DNA from: a virus
Taxonomy: Duplodnaviria > Caudoviricetes
Strand: one strand, 5' to 3'
DNA length: 64,000 nt
Virus record (IMG/VR): IMGVR_UViG_3300048819_000142
Span: 1 to 64,000 of that record
The notes below the pieces were generated by a model. That model did no database searches. It worked only from the letters and a program-made list of their open reading frames with translations, and was not told the DNA's origin. The translations under genes and the position numbers were made by a program. Below, piece by piece: positions 25,242 through 35,366 of this stretch. Numbering within the stretch: position 1 is the stretch's first letter; each line of letters begins with the position of its first letter.

Positions 25242-26905
25242 TGGCTACCACACCAGTTAATCCATCATTGACGTTTGTCGGGGCTCCTGGTGTTTATGGC
25301 CAGGGGAACAATGCCATTCTTCCAGAAGCTGCTTTCGGCCCAGGCCGTGTCCCCGTAAACAAGCTCAACCAGCAACACCCTGAATACGCCTCCCGATTTG
25401 AAGCCTGGCTCGATCTTTCCCTCATGTATGAGGGCGGAGCTTACCTCAAGGCAAAGTGCGAGCGTGTCCTTAAGAAAAGGCCGAGGGAAGATGAGGAAGT
25501 GTATGCAGCCCGTATGGACCGCTTCACTTACCAAAACATTCTCGGTACCGGTCTGGGTTGGTATGGCGCTGCAATGTTTGACACGCCACCCGAAATTTTC
25601 TTCAACGGCGGTGCTGGTAAGGACTTCTACTCGAAGTTCCTCGACAACTGCGACGGTATCGGAACAACATACCTTGATTTCTGGAAGAGGACCTTCCAGT
25701 TCATGCTCACGTATGGCGCGGCGTGGGTTCTCACTGATCTCAGAGCATTGGGAGAGGATGAGGCTCCTCCTGTTACCTTGGAGGAAGAGCGCAGCCGTGG
25801 CCTGCTTGATCCGCACCTCGCGGCATACACGCCGATGAATGTCATCAACTGGCGGTGCGATGAGCGCGGTGAACTTAAGTGGGCGGTAATTAAGACCGAG
25901 GTTGAGGATCAGGAATTTCTTGGCCGCAGGGAAATCGTTACAACGTGGTACTACTACGATCGCACCCAGTACCGCGTGTATGAGGATCGTCGTTCTCCCG
26001 AAGAGCAAGTTCGCATCGGTACAGAAGACTCTGGCCGTACCGCCGTGCTGCTACGCGAAGGTCCACATGCTTTAGCAGCAAAAAACAGGGTGCCTGTTCG
26101 AAGGGTTACACTCAGCGAAGGATTGTGGCTTGCAAACCGCGCCTACCTTTTGCTGATCGACCACCTTAATCAGGACAACACACTTGCCTGGTCCCTGTTC
26201 ATGTCGAACCTCGCTATTCCGATCATCATCGGCGATGTTGACGCGTCAAATATGACGCAAAGCGAAAACGGTTATTTGCAGTTTCCCCAGGGTACCACGT
26301 ACCAGTGGTCGGAACCTGCTGGTAACAGCTTCATTCATTCGTCGAAACGTGTTGAATCACTCAGGGAAGAGTGCTTCCGCTCGATGAACCTTCAGGCTCA
26401 GGGCCGCAGCATGCGGGCTACGCCGGCCATGCAATCTGGAAAAAGTAAGCAGCTTGAGATGTCTCCTGCAAAGCAAATTCTTGCAGGCATGGGAGACGAC
26501 CTTCGTAGGCATATGCAGGACGTGCTTGTTGACGTTCGCGACGCCAAGAACGAGGATGACGTTCACCCAGATGTTCGCGGCTTCACTTTCCAGGAGGACA
26601 TGACGACGGAAGAAGTATTCGCCGTCAACTCCGTTCTCAGCATTAAGATTCCTTCAGAGAAATTTGAGAAGTATCTCTATAAGAAGGTGGCCAAGGCGTG
26701 GATGGTCGACGCCAATCGTGAGGAACTCGATTCTGTATACAAGGAGATCGACGCTGGTCCTACGTTGCAGGAGCGTGAAGAAGACGAGTTCAAGAAGCGA
26801 GTTGAGATGGCGAAGCAGGGTATGAAGGGAGCGCTCGGAGCAAAAGGCCCTGCGCAGCCCCCTGGCCGAGGCGGCGCGGGTCCGTCGCCAAACACACCGA
26901 AGTAA
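25241..26905 (+). CDS. Portal protein (DUF4055-like)
   Basis: HPEY...W...YEGG...R..E..E.Y..R..R N-terminus, Y.P..VINW; size and position. Confidence 0.85.
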   Translation: MATTPVNPSLTFVGAPGVYGQGNNAILPEAAFGPGRVPVNKLNQQHPEYASRFEAWLDLSLMYEGGAYLKAKCERVLKKRPREDEEVYAARMDRFTYQNILGTGLGWYGAAMFDTPPEIFFNGGAGKDFYSKFLDNCDGIGTTYLDFWKRTFQFMLTYGAAWVLTDLRALGEDEAPPVTLEEERSRGLLDPHLAAYTPMNVINWRCDERGELKWAVIKTEVEDQEFLGRREIVTTWYYYDRTQYRVYEDRRSPEEQVRIGTEDSGRTAVLLREGPHALAAKNRVPVRRVTLSEGLWLANRAYLLLIDHLNQDNTLAWSLFMSNLAIPIIIGDVDASNMTQSENGYLQFPQGTTYQWSEPAGNSFIHSSKRVESLREECFRSMNLQAQGRSMRATPAMQSGKSKQLEMSPAKQILAGMGDDLRRHMQDVLVDVRDAKNEDDVHPDVRGFTFQEDMTTEEVFAVNSVLSIKIPSEKFEKYLYKKVAKAWMVDANREELDSVYKEIDAGPTLQEREEDEFKKRVEMAKQGMKGALGAKGPAQPPGRGGAGPSPNTPK

Positions 26906-26920
26906 TTTAAGGAGAAGAAA

Positions 26921-27142
26921 ATGGCAGCTTACACAAGACTAACCACCGCAGCGTTCAACACACTGAACTCCTCGACCCTCGGCAGTCTGAAGCCGTATCA
27001 GATTCGTCAGGTTCAGGAGTATCTTGACCGCATCAATTGGGGCAAGGCTAATTCGAATGCAGGTCGCGGTTCTGATTCAAACGTCAGCAATCAGCCGACG
27101 CTGACTCAGATCATTACCCTTGCGGGTAGCAACAACGCGTAG
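26921..27142 (+). CDS. Small virion-associated hypothetical protein
   Basis: AGGAG RBS. Confidence 0.65.
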   Translation: MAAYTRLTTAAFNTLNSSTLGSLKPYQIRQVQEYLDRINWGKANSNAGRGSDSNVSNQPTLTQIITLAGSNNA

Positions 27143-27213
27143 AACATCGGCAAAATAGTCATTCACTATTTTGTTTTGACGTGCTACAATGAGAACTGGA
27201 ATCGAGGAGCATT

Positions 27214-27975
27214 GTGCTTAATAACCGTATGAACATGGGACCGCTTCGTGCGCCCGCTGGAGTTGCTGGCGGCGCCGGAGGAGGTGATCCAAACGCAGCT
27301 TTGACGATGGAAGCGGTCCTCGCAGAAGTGAACAAGGGTCTGGACGCCAAAATCGCCGGTCAGCTCCAGAAATACAAGGAGAGTACCGACGCGCAGTTTG
27401 CGCCCATCACGGCAAGTCTTGCGGGAATCACGGAGGCGCTCGGGAAGCTCACACAGAATCCGAATCCGAATCCGAATCCGGCAGGGGGCGGCAACAAGAT
27501 GTCACCCGAAGAGAACGTGCTCCTCAAAAATCTTCAGGACATCACGAAGACTCAACAGCAGGCAATCGAGAAGCTGACACGTGAGAAGCAGGAATCTGAC
27601 CAGAAGGCAGAGCGTTCGGACCGCCACTCGACCATCAAGGGCGCGCTGAACAACATGCACTTCATCAGTGACGTCGCGGCTCAGACGGCCTTTACGATCG
27701 TGGAACCGCACATCAAGCGTCAGGACGACGGCGGCTTGATCGGCGGTGTTCAGGGCGGCGATCTTTATCCGGTGGATGCTTTCGTCAAGGATTACTTGAT
27801 GAAGGAGCATTCGTATCTGCTTCGCGCTTCGGGAAGTTCGGGTTCGGGCGCGCCGGCAAATCCTGGTGTCCGCATGGGCGCCAAGGCCGACCTGAGCGAC
27901 ATCAAGGTCGGTATGAAGCCCGAAACTCGCGAAAGCATCGTGGCGTCGATCGGCGCTGCACTGGCGAGCGTTTAA
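27214..27975 (+). CDS. Capsid scaffolding protein
   Basis: Coiled coil, NP repeat, Gly/Ser C-terminal motif; directly upstream of the capsid gene. Confidence 0.75.
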   Translation: MLNNRMNMGPLRAPAGVAGGAGGGDPNAALTMEAVLAEVNKGLDAKIAGQLQKYKESTDAQFAPITASLAGITEALGKLTQNPNPNPNPAGGGNKMSPEENVLLKNLQDITKTQQQAIEKLTREKQESDQKAERSDRHSTIKGALNNMHFISDVAAQTAFTIVEPHIKRQDDGGLIGGVQGGDLYPVDAFVKDYLMKEHSYLLRASGSSGSGAPANPGVRMGAKADLSDIKVGMKPETRESIVASIGAALASV

Positions 27976-28024
27976 CGTAACGGTAGTACAAATCTCAAAA
28001 AGGGAAATGAAAGGAGCCAACTAG

Positions 28025-28924
28025 ATGCCAGCTATTACATCGGCGAATGTCGCCGACGCTATTGTCAAACTCGTTGCGGCGGACGCCTTGCCGGCGTTGG
28101 TCGGTAACCTCGTCATGGGTAACCTGGTCAACAGGTCGTACGAGGCAGACCTGGCGAATCAGGGAGATACGGTCAATATCCCGATTCCGCCGACCATGGC
28201 CGCCAACAACATTGCGGAGGGTGGGTCGGTCCAGACGCAAAACCCCAGTCTCGGCAATGCACAGGTGGTGATCAACACGCACGCGGAATCGAGTTTCCAG
28301 ATTCCCGATGTGACGCGTGTTCTCGCTCACCCGGATCTCCTGAACATGTACATGATGCCCGCGATTATCTCGCTGGCGGAGCGTATTGAGGACGATCTCA
28401 CACAGCTTTACCTTAACCTGACCGCCAACTCGGCTGTCGGGACGGGTAATACCACGATCACGGAATCGGTCGTCGACAGCGCGGAAACTGCCTTGTTCAA
28501 CTCCAAGGTTCCGGACTCACTGCCCAAGTTCCTGGTAGTCAGCGGTTCGACTTATTCGGACATGCGGCAGATTCAGCGCTTCTCGGAAGACAAGGTGTCG
28601 CCCGAGTTCGCAAACGTGATTTCCAGCGGCCAGGTCGGTCGTCTGAAGAATTTCTACGTGATGCGCAGCCAGTACATCACTAAGGTCAGCACCACGACCT
28701 ACAACCTGGCCTTCGCACGCGACGCTTTCGCGCTGGTCATGCGCATGCTGCCCAAGCCGCTCCCGAACACCGGCGCGGTCGCGGAATATGCATCGCTTGG
28801 CAACTTCGGTATGCGTGTCGTCCTTAGCTACGCGCCGAACACGCTCGCTCAGCAGTTCACGGTCGACGTCCTCTACGGCGTCGCGGTCCTTCGGAACCTT
28901 TTCGGAGTGCAGGTACTGAGCTAA
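28025..28924 (+). CDS. Major capsid protein (P22 coat-like, HK97 fold)
   Basis: LVNRSYEADL...GDTVNIPIP, FARDAFALVMR.LP, DVLYG motifs. Confidence 0.9.
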   Translation: MPAITSANVADAIVKLVAADALPALVGNLVMGNLVNRSYEADLANQGDTVNIPIPPTMAANNIAEGGSVQTQNPSLGNAQVVINTHAESSFQIPDVTRVLAHPDLLNMYMMPAIISLAERIEDDLTQLYLNLTANSAVGTGNTTITESVVDSAETALFNSKVPDSLPKFLVVSGSTYSDMRQIQRFSEDKVSPEFANVISSGQVGRLKNFYVMRSQYITKVSTTTYNLAFARDAFALVMRMLPKPLPNTGAVAEYASLGNFGMRVVLSYAPNTLAQQFTVDVLYGVAVLRNLFGVQVLS

Positions 28925-28997
28925 ACCTCAGGCGATTCACGGACTCTCGGTCGCGGCCCGCAAGGTCGCGGCCATGGGCCGTTTAGGGAGACTCAAC

Positions 28998-29384
28998 ATG
29001 GACTTAAAGCAGTATTTCCAGGATCTTCGCGCAAAGCAGGCAGAGCTCGAACGGTCCCATCCTGACGGGGTTGTGCATGTCACTTCCCTCTTTTATCGCG
29101 AGAGGAATTCGACTCCCGGAGCGACGGCGAGTGCGTCCACTCGTAATGCTGCCCGCGTGATTACCGACGGCACCCACCGAGAGTCGAGTGAAGAAGAGGT
29201 CGATGCCTTCTATCAGCGGCAACAGGACCAGCTCAAGCTGAACATTCGCGCCGAGCAGCAGAAGAAACAGCAGTATGTCATCGTCACCGGCAATGCAGAC
29301 GCGCAGGAAGCGATGAATTCGGTGGTGATCCCGGCTCAGAAGGGTCGCGGTCCCCGTTCCCAAGTTCCGTCAGCGACGGAGTAG
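28998..29384 (+). CDS. Hypothetical protein (head module)
   Basis: GGGAG RBS. Confidence 0.65.
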   Translation: MDLKQYFQDLRAKQAELERSHPDGVVHVTSLFYRERNSTPGATASASTRNAARVITDGTHRESSEEEVDAFYQRQQDQLKLNIRAEQQKKQQYVIVTGNADAQEAMNSVVIPAQKGRGPRSQVPSATE

Positions 29385-29428
29385 TACCGGATACGTCCGG
29401 AAATTTGAAAAGGAAGAGGTAACAGCAA

Positions 29429-29794
29429 ATGACCCTCACACAGGTCGATTCACAGACAAAGACCGCCGCTTTTACGGGCGCCGGTATCGACATTTCCGGT
29501 ATCACGGGCGACTGGACTTTGAAGATTAACGTGCAGTCCTTGGCTGACGCCAGCACGACTCCTGTCGTTCGGTTATCATTCGAGGATACCGTCAATGATT
29601 ACACTGCATCCCTCGCCGGCCCCACGGTTAGCTTCAAGGGTGCACTGTCCAACAACGCCGACAAGGTGAAGTCCTTCAAGAAGCAGGATTTTCCGGACCT
29701 TCGCCTTGGCACGTCGAGTGCACAGCTACGCCTCAAACTCTCGAACATCGAGTCGGGCGGCAGTTGCAACTATCGCGCGTGGCTCGAGTACTAA
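29429..29794 (+). CDS. Putative capsid decoration / cement protein
   Basis: Beta-sandwich-like composition downstream of the capsid gene. Confidence 0.55.
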   Translation: MTLTQVDSQTKTAAFTGAGIDISGITGDWTLKINVQSLADASTTPVVRLSFEDTVNDYTASLAGPTVSFKGALSNNADKVKSFKKQDFPDLRLGTSSAQLRLKLSNIESGGSCNYRAWLEY

Positions 29795-29817
29795 GGCGAG
29801 CAGTCTCACTGAAGTCG

Positions 29818-29857
29818 CGGGGCTCGGCGGAAGTTCCGTCGGGCCCCGTTTTGTTTT
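29818..29857 (+). terminator. Rho-independent terminator
   Basis: CGGGGCTCGGCGG/CCGTCGGGCCCCG stem followed by TTTTGTTTT. Confidence 0.8.
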
Positions 29858-29859
29858 GA

Positions 29860-29938
29860 AGCGGAGTGGACTGGAGTCTGGTTCCAGCTCGGTCTCATAA
29901 GCCGACTCACGCGGGTTCAAATCCCGCCTCCGCAACCA
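29860..29938 (+). tRNA. tRNA-Met (CAT), initiator-like
   Basis: Acceptor GCGGAG/CTCCGC with 1:72 mismatch, anticodon arm TCGGT-CTCATAA-GCCGA, T-arm GCGGG-TTCAAAT-CCCGC, encoded CCA. Confidence 0.9.
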
Positions 29939-29955
29939 ACTTCTAAGGAGAATCA

Positions 29956-30942
29956 ATGCTTTGGACAGATAAGATCTTCATCACGGTGGATGACCTCACG
30001 CGCATCGATTCTGAGACCCAGAAGGTTGCAGACGCAGAGGAGATTACACTGACAGGGGACAACGGTCAGATTAGGGCCGGCGTAGAGGAAGCAGCAAATG
30101 AACTGCAGAAGCTTATCATCGCTTTTGGCGGTTACCTGAACTCTGGCGACCTCACCGCAAACCACCTCGCAGCTGTCCTTAACGTCGGCATCGGTAATTC
30201 TGTCAGGATGAAGGCCGGCCTCAATCAGATTTGTGTGTCTGGCGACACCTCTACCTCCTGGAACTGGATTAAGCAGTGGGCAATTTTCTGGACTCTTCGC
30301 GTGTTCTACCGTAATGCGTTTGCTCGTACCGTCAACGATAGGTATGAGAAGAAGATGAACATCTACAAGGATGAGATCATCAGGCGAGTGCAACCCACGT
30401 TGTTCGCCCTTGGTGCTCCTATCGTACTTAGGCCCTTGTACGCCCCAGCTGCTTACTTCACGCGAAATGCAGGTTCGTGGGATTCCAGCAACGTCGAGCT
30501 TGTTGCAGGTGCAGGAACTCTAGACAACACGCATTCTTGCGATGTTGTCGTTACGTTCGTAGACATGTCTCAGGCTAACCTGTACAATAGTCCAACAAAC
30601 GTAGGCAACGCCGAATCAGAACTTTCGGACCGAATCACGCAGGTTATGAACACTGGTGAAGTGTTGGAGGTCGATATCACGTCCTTGAATCCTCCAACAG
30701 GGGCACAGGATCCTTCACAGATTCTGGTAGTTGTTATCTCGCCGCTCAAGGCTACGCACTGGAACATCTATGTGTCTGCAACACCGGGCGGTACTCTATA
30801 TCTGCAGAATTCGCAGCCAATTCCGATTGCTACCAAGACCTACACATTCACTGGCAATCCAGTGTTTAGTGGTTATATGTCTGGTATCGGTCAGTACCCA
30901 GATCGCCGCCTTAGCTTGGTGCCGATGAGGCAGAGGGCCTAA
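29956..30942 (+). CDS. Putative head-tail connector with C-terminal beta domain
   Basis: Helical N-terminus (DRYEKK) typical of adaptors; position. Confidence 0.55.
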   Translation: MLWTDKIFITVDDLTRIDSETQKVADAEEITLTGDNGQIRAGVEEAANELQKLIIAFGGYLNSGDLTANHLAAVLNVGIGNSVRMKAGLNQICVSGDTSTSWNWIKQWAIFWTLRVFYRNAFARTVNDRYEKKMNIYKDEIIRRVQPTLFALGAPIVLRPLYAPAAYFTRNAGSWDSSNVELVAGAGTLDNTHSCDVVVTFVDMSQANLYNSPTNVGNAESELSDRITQVMNTGEVLEVDITSLNPPTGAQDPSQILVVVISPLKATHWNIYVSATPGGTLYLQNSQPIPIATKTYTFTGNPVFSGYMSGIGQYPDRRLSLVPMRQRA

Positions 30943-31727
30943 TGATTACGCAGGAGAAGATCGATCAGCATGCTAACCGTGTTGAGACCCTGATTACTTC
31001 TTTTGCTTGCCAGGTATCTTCAGAAATCGATTTAGTGGTAGCTGGCGTATCAGCTCACTTGCTCGAGACGCTCAAACTAAAGGATGGCAAGGTTCGCCAG
31101 ATTCCGGACAACTCCAGTGCTATCCTTGGCGTTGAGAACGTTTTCCATAGTCTCCTAAACAAGTCTAGTTTCTACCCAGCGATCCTAGCGCTGATCTCCT
31201 CCTTCGTAGACCAGGTCGACGAGTTCAGGGAGATGTATGCGATGATGGCTGATGGCCTTCCCGACATGCAACTCGACGAGGATGACAACGAGGTGCTTGG
31301 TAACCAGGCCGCGGCAGCGCTCGGGGCTATCGAAGGCCAGGTGCTGAAGGTTGGCCTGGACCTTCGTAATCTCTTGGCTCGATCCCTTGGTGAAATGGGT
31401 GTGTCAGACTTAGTCCAAGGGGTCTCGGATGTCATTCGGAAATTGACTCGAGTGGAACCGATAGCAAAAGACCAATTGATACTATTCTTTAGAATGATTG
31501 GTAATTTGGTCTATAGGTCCGTAGAGGAGAAAGGATACGTCGGCAAGTACTCATTCGTCGGACCAAATGACGAGAGGTCCAGGGACTTCTGTAATAAACT
31601 TTCTTCAGGCGATAAGTTTTTTCGCCATGAGATTGATTCCATGGATAACGGACAGATTCCAGGAGTCTTCGACACCGGCGGGGGATACGGGTGTAGACAC
31701 TGGTGGGTTCTTGCGGAGGCGATCTAG
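30942..31727 (+). CDS. Head morphogenesis / minor capsid protein
   Basis: GPND..SRDFC...GGGYGCRHWW motif. Confidence 0.7.
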   Translation: MITQEKIDQHANRVETLITSFACQVSSEIDLVVAGVSAHLLETLKLKDGKVRQIPDNSSAILGVENVFHSLLNKSSFYPAILALISSFVDQVDEFREMYAMMADGLPDMQLDEDDNEVLGNQAAAALGAIEGQVLKVGLDLRNLLARSLGEMGVSDLVQGVSDVIRKLTRVEPIAKDQLILFFRMIGNLVYRSVEEKGYVGKYSFVGPNDERSRDFCNKLSSGDKFFRHEIDSMDNGQIPGVFDTGGGYGCRHWWVLAEAI

Positions 31728-32134
31728 TGCAGAAATTCAAGATCATGTCGCTCAAGCGACTGATCCAGGCATCAGCGTCCCTTGGCAACTCAACCCATGT
31801 CATGGAGCAACAGACTGCAAGGACGCAGAATCGCCTGAACCAGGGTGTTGATCTCGACGGCGCCACGTTTAAGCCCTACAAGGACCAGACTCGGGCGCAC
31901 CCAAACAGCCGTCCCCTGGAGCACGCTTCAAGATTGTTCGAGTCGCCACACTATGATCTTACTAAGACCTTGAGTGGCTGCGAAATTAGGATGACAATTA
32001 CTGGAGAGGCTGCCCGAATTGCCAGGTACCAGAATGTTAAGCGTCGATTCATTGGGTTTGCAAGATCTGACCGTGGTGACGTTCGCCAGGAAATGAAGCA
32101 CATGCTTGTGGAGGCTTTCCGAAATGCTCAATAA
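31727..32134 (+). CDS. Virion morphogenesis (neck / tail completion) protein
   Basis: G.D.DG..FKPY...A.YQN..RRFIGF pattern. Confidence 0.65.
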   Translation: MQKFKIMSLKRLIQASASLGNSTHVMEQQTARTQNRLNQGVDLDGATFKPYKDQTRAHPNSRPLEHASRLFESPHYDLTKTLSGCEIRMTITGEAARIARYQNVKRRFIGFARSDRGDVRQEMKHMLVEAFRNAQ

Positions 32135-32654
32135 GGTTTCTCAGCAGGTCATCACCGCAGTGCTTGCCCGCATTGCGGACCCAACGACAGGCTTCAACCC
32201 AGGGATCGCAACCAATGCGGCAATCTACGGATTGAACACGTGCTTCATCTCTATCAATTGGTCGAACACGAGCATCAATTTTTATCAGGCGCAGATAGAC
32301 CCTGAGCTGTTGGAGAAATCTGGTCTGCTCAAATATCCGTTTGCCTGCCTTTACACGAAGGAGTCAGGTGTAACCAACGATCAGAAATTCACTCAGTTTT
32401 CAGGACTTGTACGGGTCGTCCTGGAGTTCCATATGTCATGGACGCAAATTAAGGGGTTGCAGAACCACGAGGCATACGGTAACTGCGTTGAGGACGTTGT
32501 ATTCGACGTGATCAACAGGGTTGAAAATCAAAACTGGGGAAAACCCCTCACTTATAACGGGCAGATTCAGTGCAAGCGTGGTCCGCTAATATATGGTGCC
32601 CAGAATTTTAAGCAAGTTATTGGGTTCTCGATGATGTTCCAGGTTGACCAGTAA
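32124..32654 (+). CDS. Putative tail terminator
   Basis: YPFAC.Y motif, size and position before the tail tube. Confidence 0.55.
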   Translation: MLNKVSQQVITAVLARIADPTTGFNPGIATNAAIYGLNTCFISINWSNTSINFYQAQIDPELLEKSGLLKYPFACLYTKESGVTNDQKFTQFSGLVRVVLEFHMSWTQIKGLQNHEAYGNCVEDVVFDVINRVENQNWGKPLTYNGQIQCKRGPLIYGAQNFKQVIGFSMMFQVDQ

Positions 32655-32732
32655 GTTTTCACATATGGTCGGCAACTTTTTTGTATCCTTGGTTGTGTGC
32701 TCGTGGTACAATTGGTTGTAGGAGTCCGGAAA

Positions 32733-33089
32733 ATGATTTCTTGCAGGTATGTCGGTGGAGATTCTTCGGAAATCGGTGAGCGCGAGTTCGACGCCGTTGG
32801 TCAGCGAGCGGCGTTTAGCGAACAAGGTTACCGTGAAGCAGTACTCGGTGGTGCAGCTTTTATTACCGAGGAAGACTTCAGGAAGATTTCTTTTACCGTG
32901 GACGAGATCAATCTGCACGGGCCTGTTGGCATGCGAGTTGATCCGCCCACAAGTTTCTGCGAGAAGTTAGCAAGGGCCCAGCAGATTTATCGAGAAGATC
33001 GTAGCCGAATGTTGGTCAACGCTGAGGCAGTTCTTGCTGAAGCATCGGACAGGTTCGGTGAAGCGGAACCGGTCGTTGGCTTGCAGTAA
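32733..33089 (+). CDS. Hypothetical protein
   Basis: AGGAG RBS; TG-G-TACAAT upstream. Confidence 0.6.
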   Translation: MISCRYVGGDSSEIGEREFDAVGQRAAFSEQGYREAVLGGAAFITEEDFRKISFTVDEINLHGPVGMRVDPPTSFCEKLARAQQIYREDRSRMLVNAEAVLAEASDRFGEAEPVVGLQ

Positions 33090-33120
33090 AAATTTGAAAG
33101 AAGGGAGAACCTAAGGTTAG

Positions 33121-34410
33121 ATGCCGAATTATTCTTTTTCTCGCCTAGAGCGTGCGTACCTCCAGCAGCAGCCAACGTTTGGCACCATTCCGAACACAAC
33201 CGGCACTGCAAGTGTCGGTAACTCAAATGCGTGCCGGTTCATTCGCATGGAGTTACAGAACGAGGTTGCGCTCCTCGAGCGTCCCGATAAGACGGGAACG
33301 CGCTCAATGGAAGGTATGACCGGCGGCCGTAAGATGGGCCGCTGGAGCATCGAAATGTCGCTCACTGGGAATGGCACGCCGGGAACTGCTCCCGATTGCG
33401 ACCCCATTTTTACAGCAATGTTTGGCCAAACTGCAGCAGTCGGTTCTGGCACGACGTCAATCACGAGCTCAACGGACGCCACACCGATCGTTGTGGCGTG
33501 TTCCGGCGCGCACGGTATCACGTCCGGCGCGTTCGAAGTTGTGTCGCTTTCTGGGCATACCACCAACACGAATGCTAATGGCGTGTGGCTCGCATATGCG
33601 GGGGACACGACGCATCTTACCTTGGTCGGTTCGTCCGGCAACGGTAATGGCGCCGGTGCCAGTGGTACCGTGAGTCGAGTTAAGCTCACATACACATTCA
33701 TCGATGCTATCACGCAGTTTACGCTCTGGTCTTTCCGAACGCCATCGACCCTCGATCAGCGGGTCGGTAACACGTGCGTCGTGACGGAAGCGACATTCAA
33801 CTTCAATCAGGACGTCGCAACATGGCAGGCAAACGGCGATTGCTTCTGGGTCCTTCGAAGCAGCGACTTTGCAAACGCCGATGTTTATCAGCTAGGTGGT
33901 CTTGGCGCGTTCCCGACCGAGCCTTCTTCTCCGGTAACGAACGGTAGCATTATCCCGGGATTCACCGGCCGCTTCGTTGCATGGGAGTCCGTTGCCAAGG
34001 TCGGCGCCACAACGTTCGTCGCAAGTGCGGCTACGTTCCCGACAATTCGCAACGCAACCATTCGCGTGCAAACCAACAACTTGCTCGTTCGCGACACGTT
34101 CGGTAGCTACTACCCGACATTCACCGAGGGCGACGTGCGAAACATCACCCTATCGTTCAACATCTACGACGACGACAGCACCAACGTAAACACGCTCAAG
34201 TCGTGGGGTGACAGCAAGCTGCCCGTCGACTTCATCATCAACCTCGGCACGGTCTCGGGAAACATCTTTGTCTTCTGGATGAAGAACGTCTACCTCTCGT
34301 CCCATGTGCTCGGCGATGGCCAGCTTCGCTTCGATGCGGCCTACTCCGAGGCACGTGCGACCACCACCTCACTCTCGGTGCGCGATGAGTTCACACTCAT
34401 CGTCGCATAA
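33121..34410 (+). CDS. Major tail (tube) protein with inserted decoration domain
   Basis: Position before chaperone and TMP; T/S/G-rich; FCCH-like insert. Confidence 0.75.
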   Translation: MPNYSFSRLERAYLQQQPTFGTIPNTTGTASVGNSNACRFIRMELQNEVALLERPDKTGTRSMEGMTGGRKMGRWSIEMSLTGNGTPGTAPDCDPIFTAMFGQTAAVGSGTTSITSSTDATPIVVACSGAHGITSGAFEVVSLSGHTTNTNANGVWLAYAGDTTHLTLVGSSGNGNGAGASGTVSRVKLTYTFIDAITQFTLWSFRTPSTLDQRVGNTCVVTEATFNFNQDVATWQANGDCFWVLRSSDFANADVYQLGGLGAFPTEPSSPVTNGSIIPGFTGRFVAWESVAKVGATTFVASAATFPTIRNATIRVQTNNLLVRDTFGSYYPTFTEGDVRNITLSFNIYDDDSTNVNTLKSWGDSKLPVDFIINLGTVSGNIFVFWMKNVYLSSHVLGDGQLRFDAAYSEARATTTSLSVRDEFTLIVA

Positions 34411-34487
34411 TCCAACCTCTACAACCTGTAGAAACGGGGAGGACTTGCTCCTCCCCGTAAACTCCCAACCACAAAGGAAGTCTGCGT

Positions 34488-34964
34488 ATGGCATATAAGC
34501 ACGAGACTCTTCGGCGCCACGAGTCTGTAGTATTTGAGGGCGTCGTATTTTTTCTTCACAAGATGACGGAAGGTCGACGGCTTGATCTTCGGTCGAAGAT
34601 TTCGGAACCCAATCGCCGGATCCGAGAGATACTGAAAGAGCAGGCGGCGATCGAAGGGCAGTCCGAGGAAACCAGGGATTCTGCTAAGTGGCTGGAACTT
34701 CAGGACGAGTTTGACGGCCTGATGCTGGAGAAGGTCAACCCAGCCTGGCTTACCTGGGGGCTGAAGCGGATCGATGGCCTCGAGGTCGAAGGCAAACCCC
34801 TGGGCGTCGAGGACTGGAAAGATTGGCCGTCCGCGCTGTTTGAAGAAGTGATCGTCGCGATCAAAGCCGAATCGGAGCTCAACGGCACAGAAAGAAAAAA
34901 CTCCGAATTGCCTACCACTTCTGGCGGACAGGTGGATATGAGTCAGAAATCTTTGACTGCGTAA
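34488..34964 (+). CDS. Tail assembly chaperone (gpG-like)
   Basis: Between tube and TMP; A AAA AAC slippery site at 34895-34901. Confidence 0.8.
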   Translation: MAYKHETLRRHESVVFEGVVFFLHKMTEGRRLDLRSKISEPNRRIREILKEQAAIEGQSEETRDSAKWLELQDEFDGLMLEKVNPAWLTWGLKRIDGLEVEGKPLGVEDWKDWPSALFEEVIVAIKAESELNGTERKNSELPTTSGGQVDMSQKSLTA

Positions 34965-35350
34965 CCTGCAAACGGAAGGGGTACTGGCAAAGGCGCAATT
35001 GCAGCTTATACTTCCCAAAAAGAATAGACCCGAAACGGGCAGTCTGCTGGGAAGCTGGGTATCAGGATAGACTTGGTCGACCGTTCTCGATCTCAGGCAC
35101 TGACACGAATCAATGCCCTGTCTCGCTCATATCAGCTCAGTCTACGGAGCTGGTACAAATTTTCGCACGAACCAAAGTAATGAAGGAGTTCGGTGCGTCT
35201 CCCTACGGTGGGGATCTCTCAAAATGGCCGTCCCGCATGGTAGACGCTTTCGTCATCCTCCAAGACGAGCACTCGCGAGTCGAGATGCTTCGAAACGTTC
35301 AAGAGAAGCAACCTCGGCAGCAACAACCCCAACAGCGACAAAGACGGTGA
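34898..35350 (+). CDS. -1 frameshift extension of the tail chaperone (gpGT-like)
   Basis: The -1 frame is open for about 150 codons from the slippery site to TGA at 35348-35350: KLRIAYHFWR...CVTC...C...CP...WP..MVDAF. Confidence 0.8.
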   Translation, partial: KLRIAYHFWRTGGYESEIFDCVTCKRKGYWQRRNCSLYFPKRIDPKRAVCWEAGYQDRLGRPFSISGTDTNQCPVSLISAQSTELVQIFARTKVMKEFGASPYGGDLSKWPSRMVDAFVILQDEHSRVEMLRNVQEKQPRQQQPQQRQRR

Positions 35351-35366
35351 CAACAGGAGAAAACCC

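Noticed and set aside
29860-29938. tRNA as an att site or prophage boundary
   Set aside because: Phage structural genes continue on both sides; no duplicated 3' end or integrase seen
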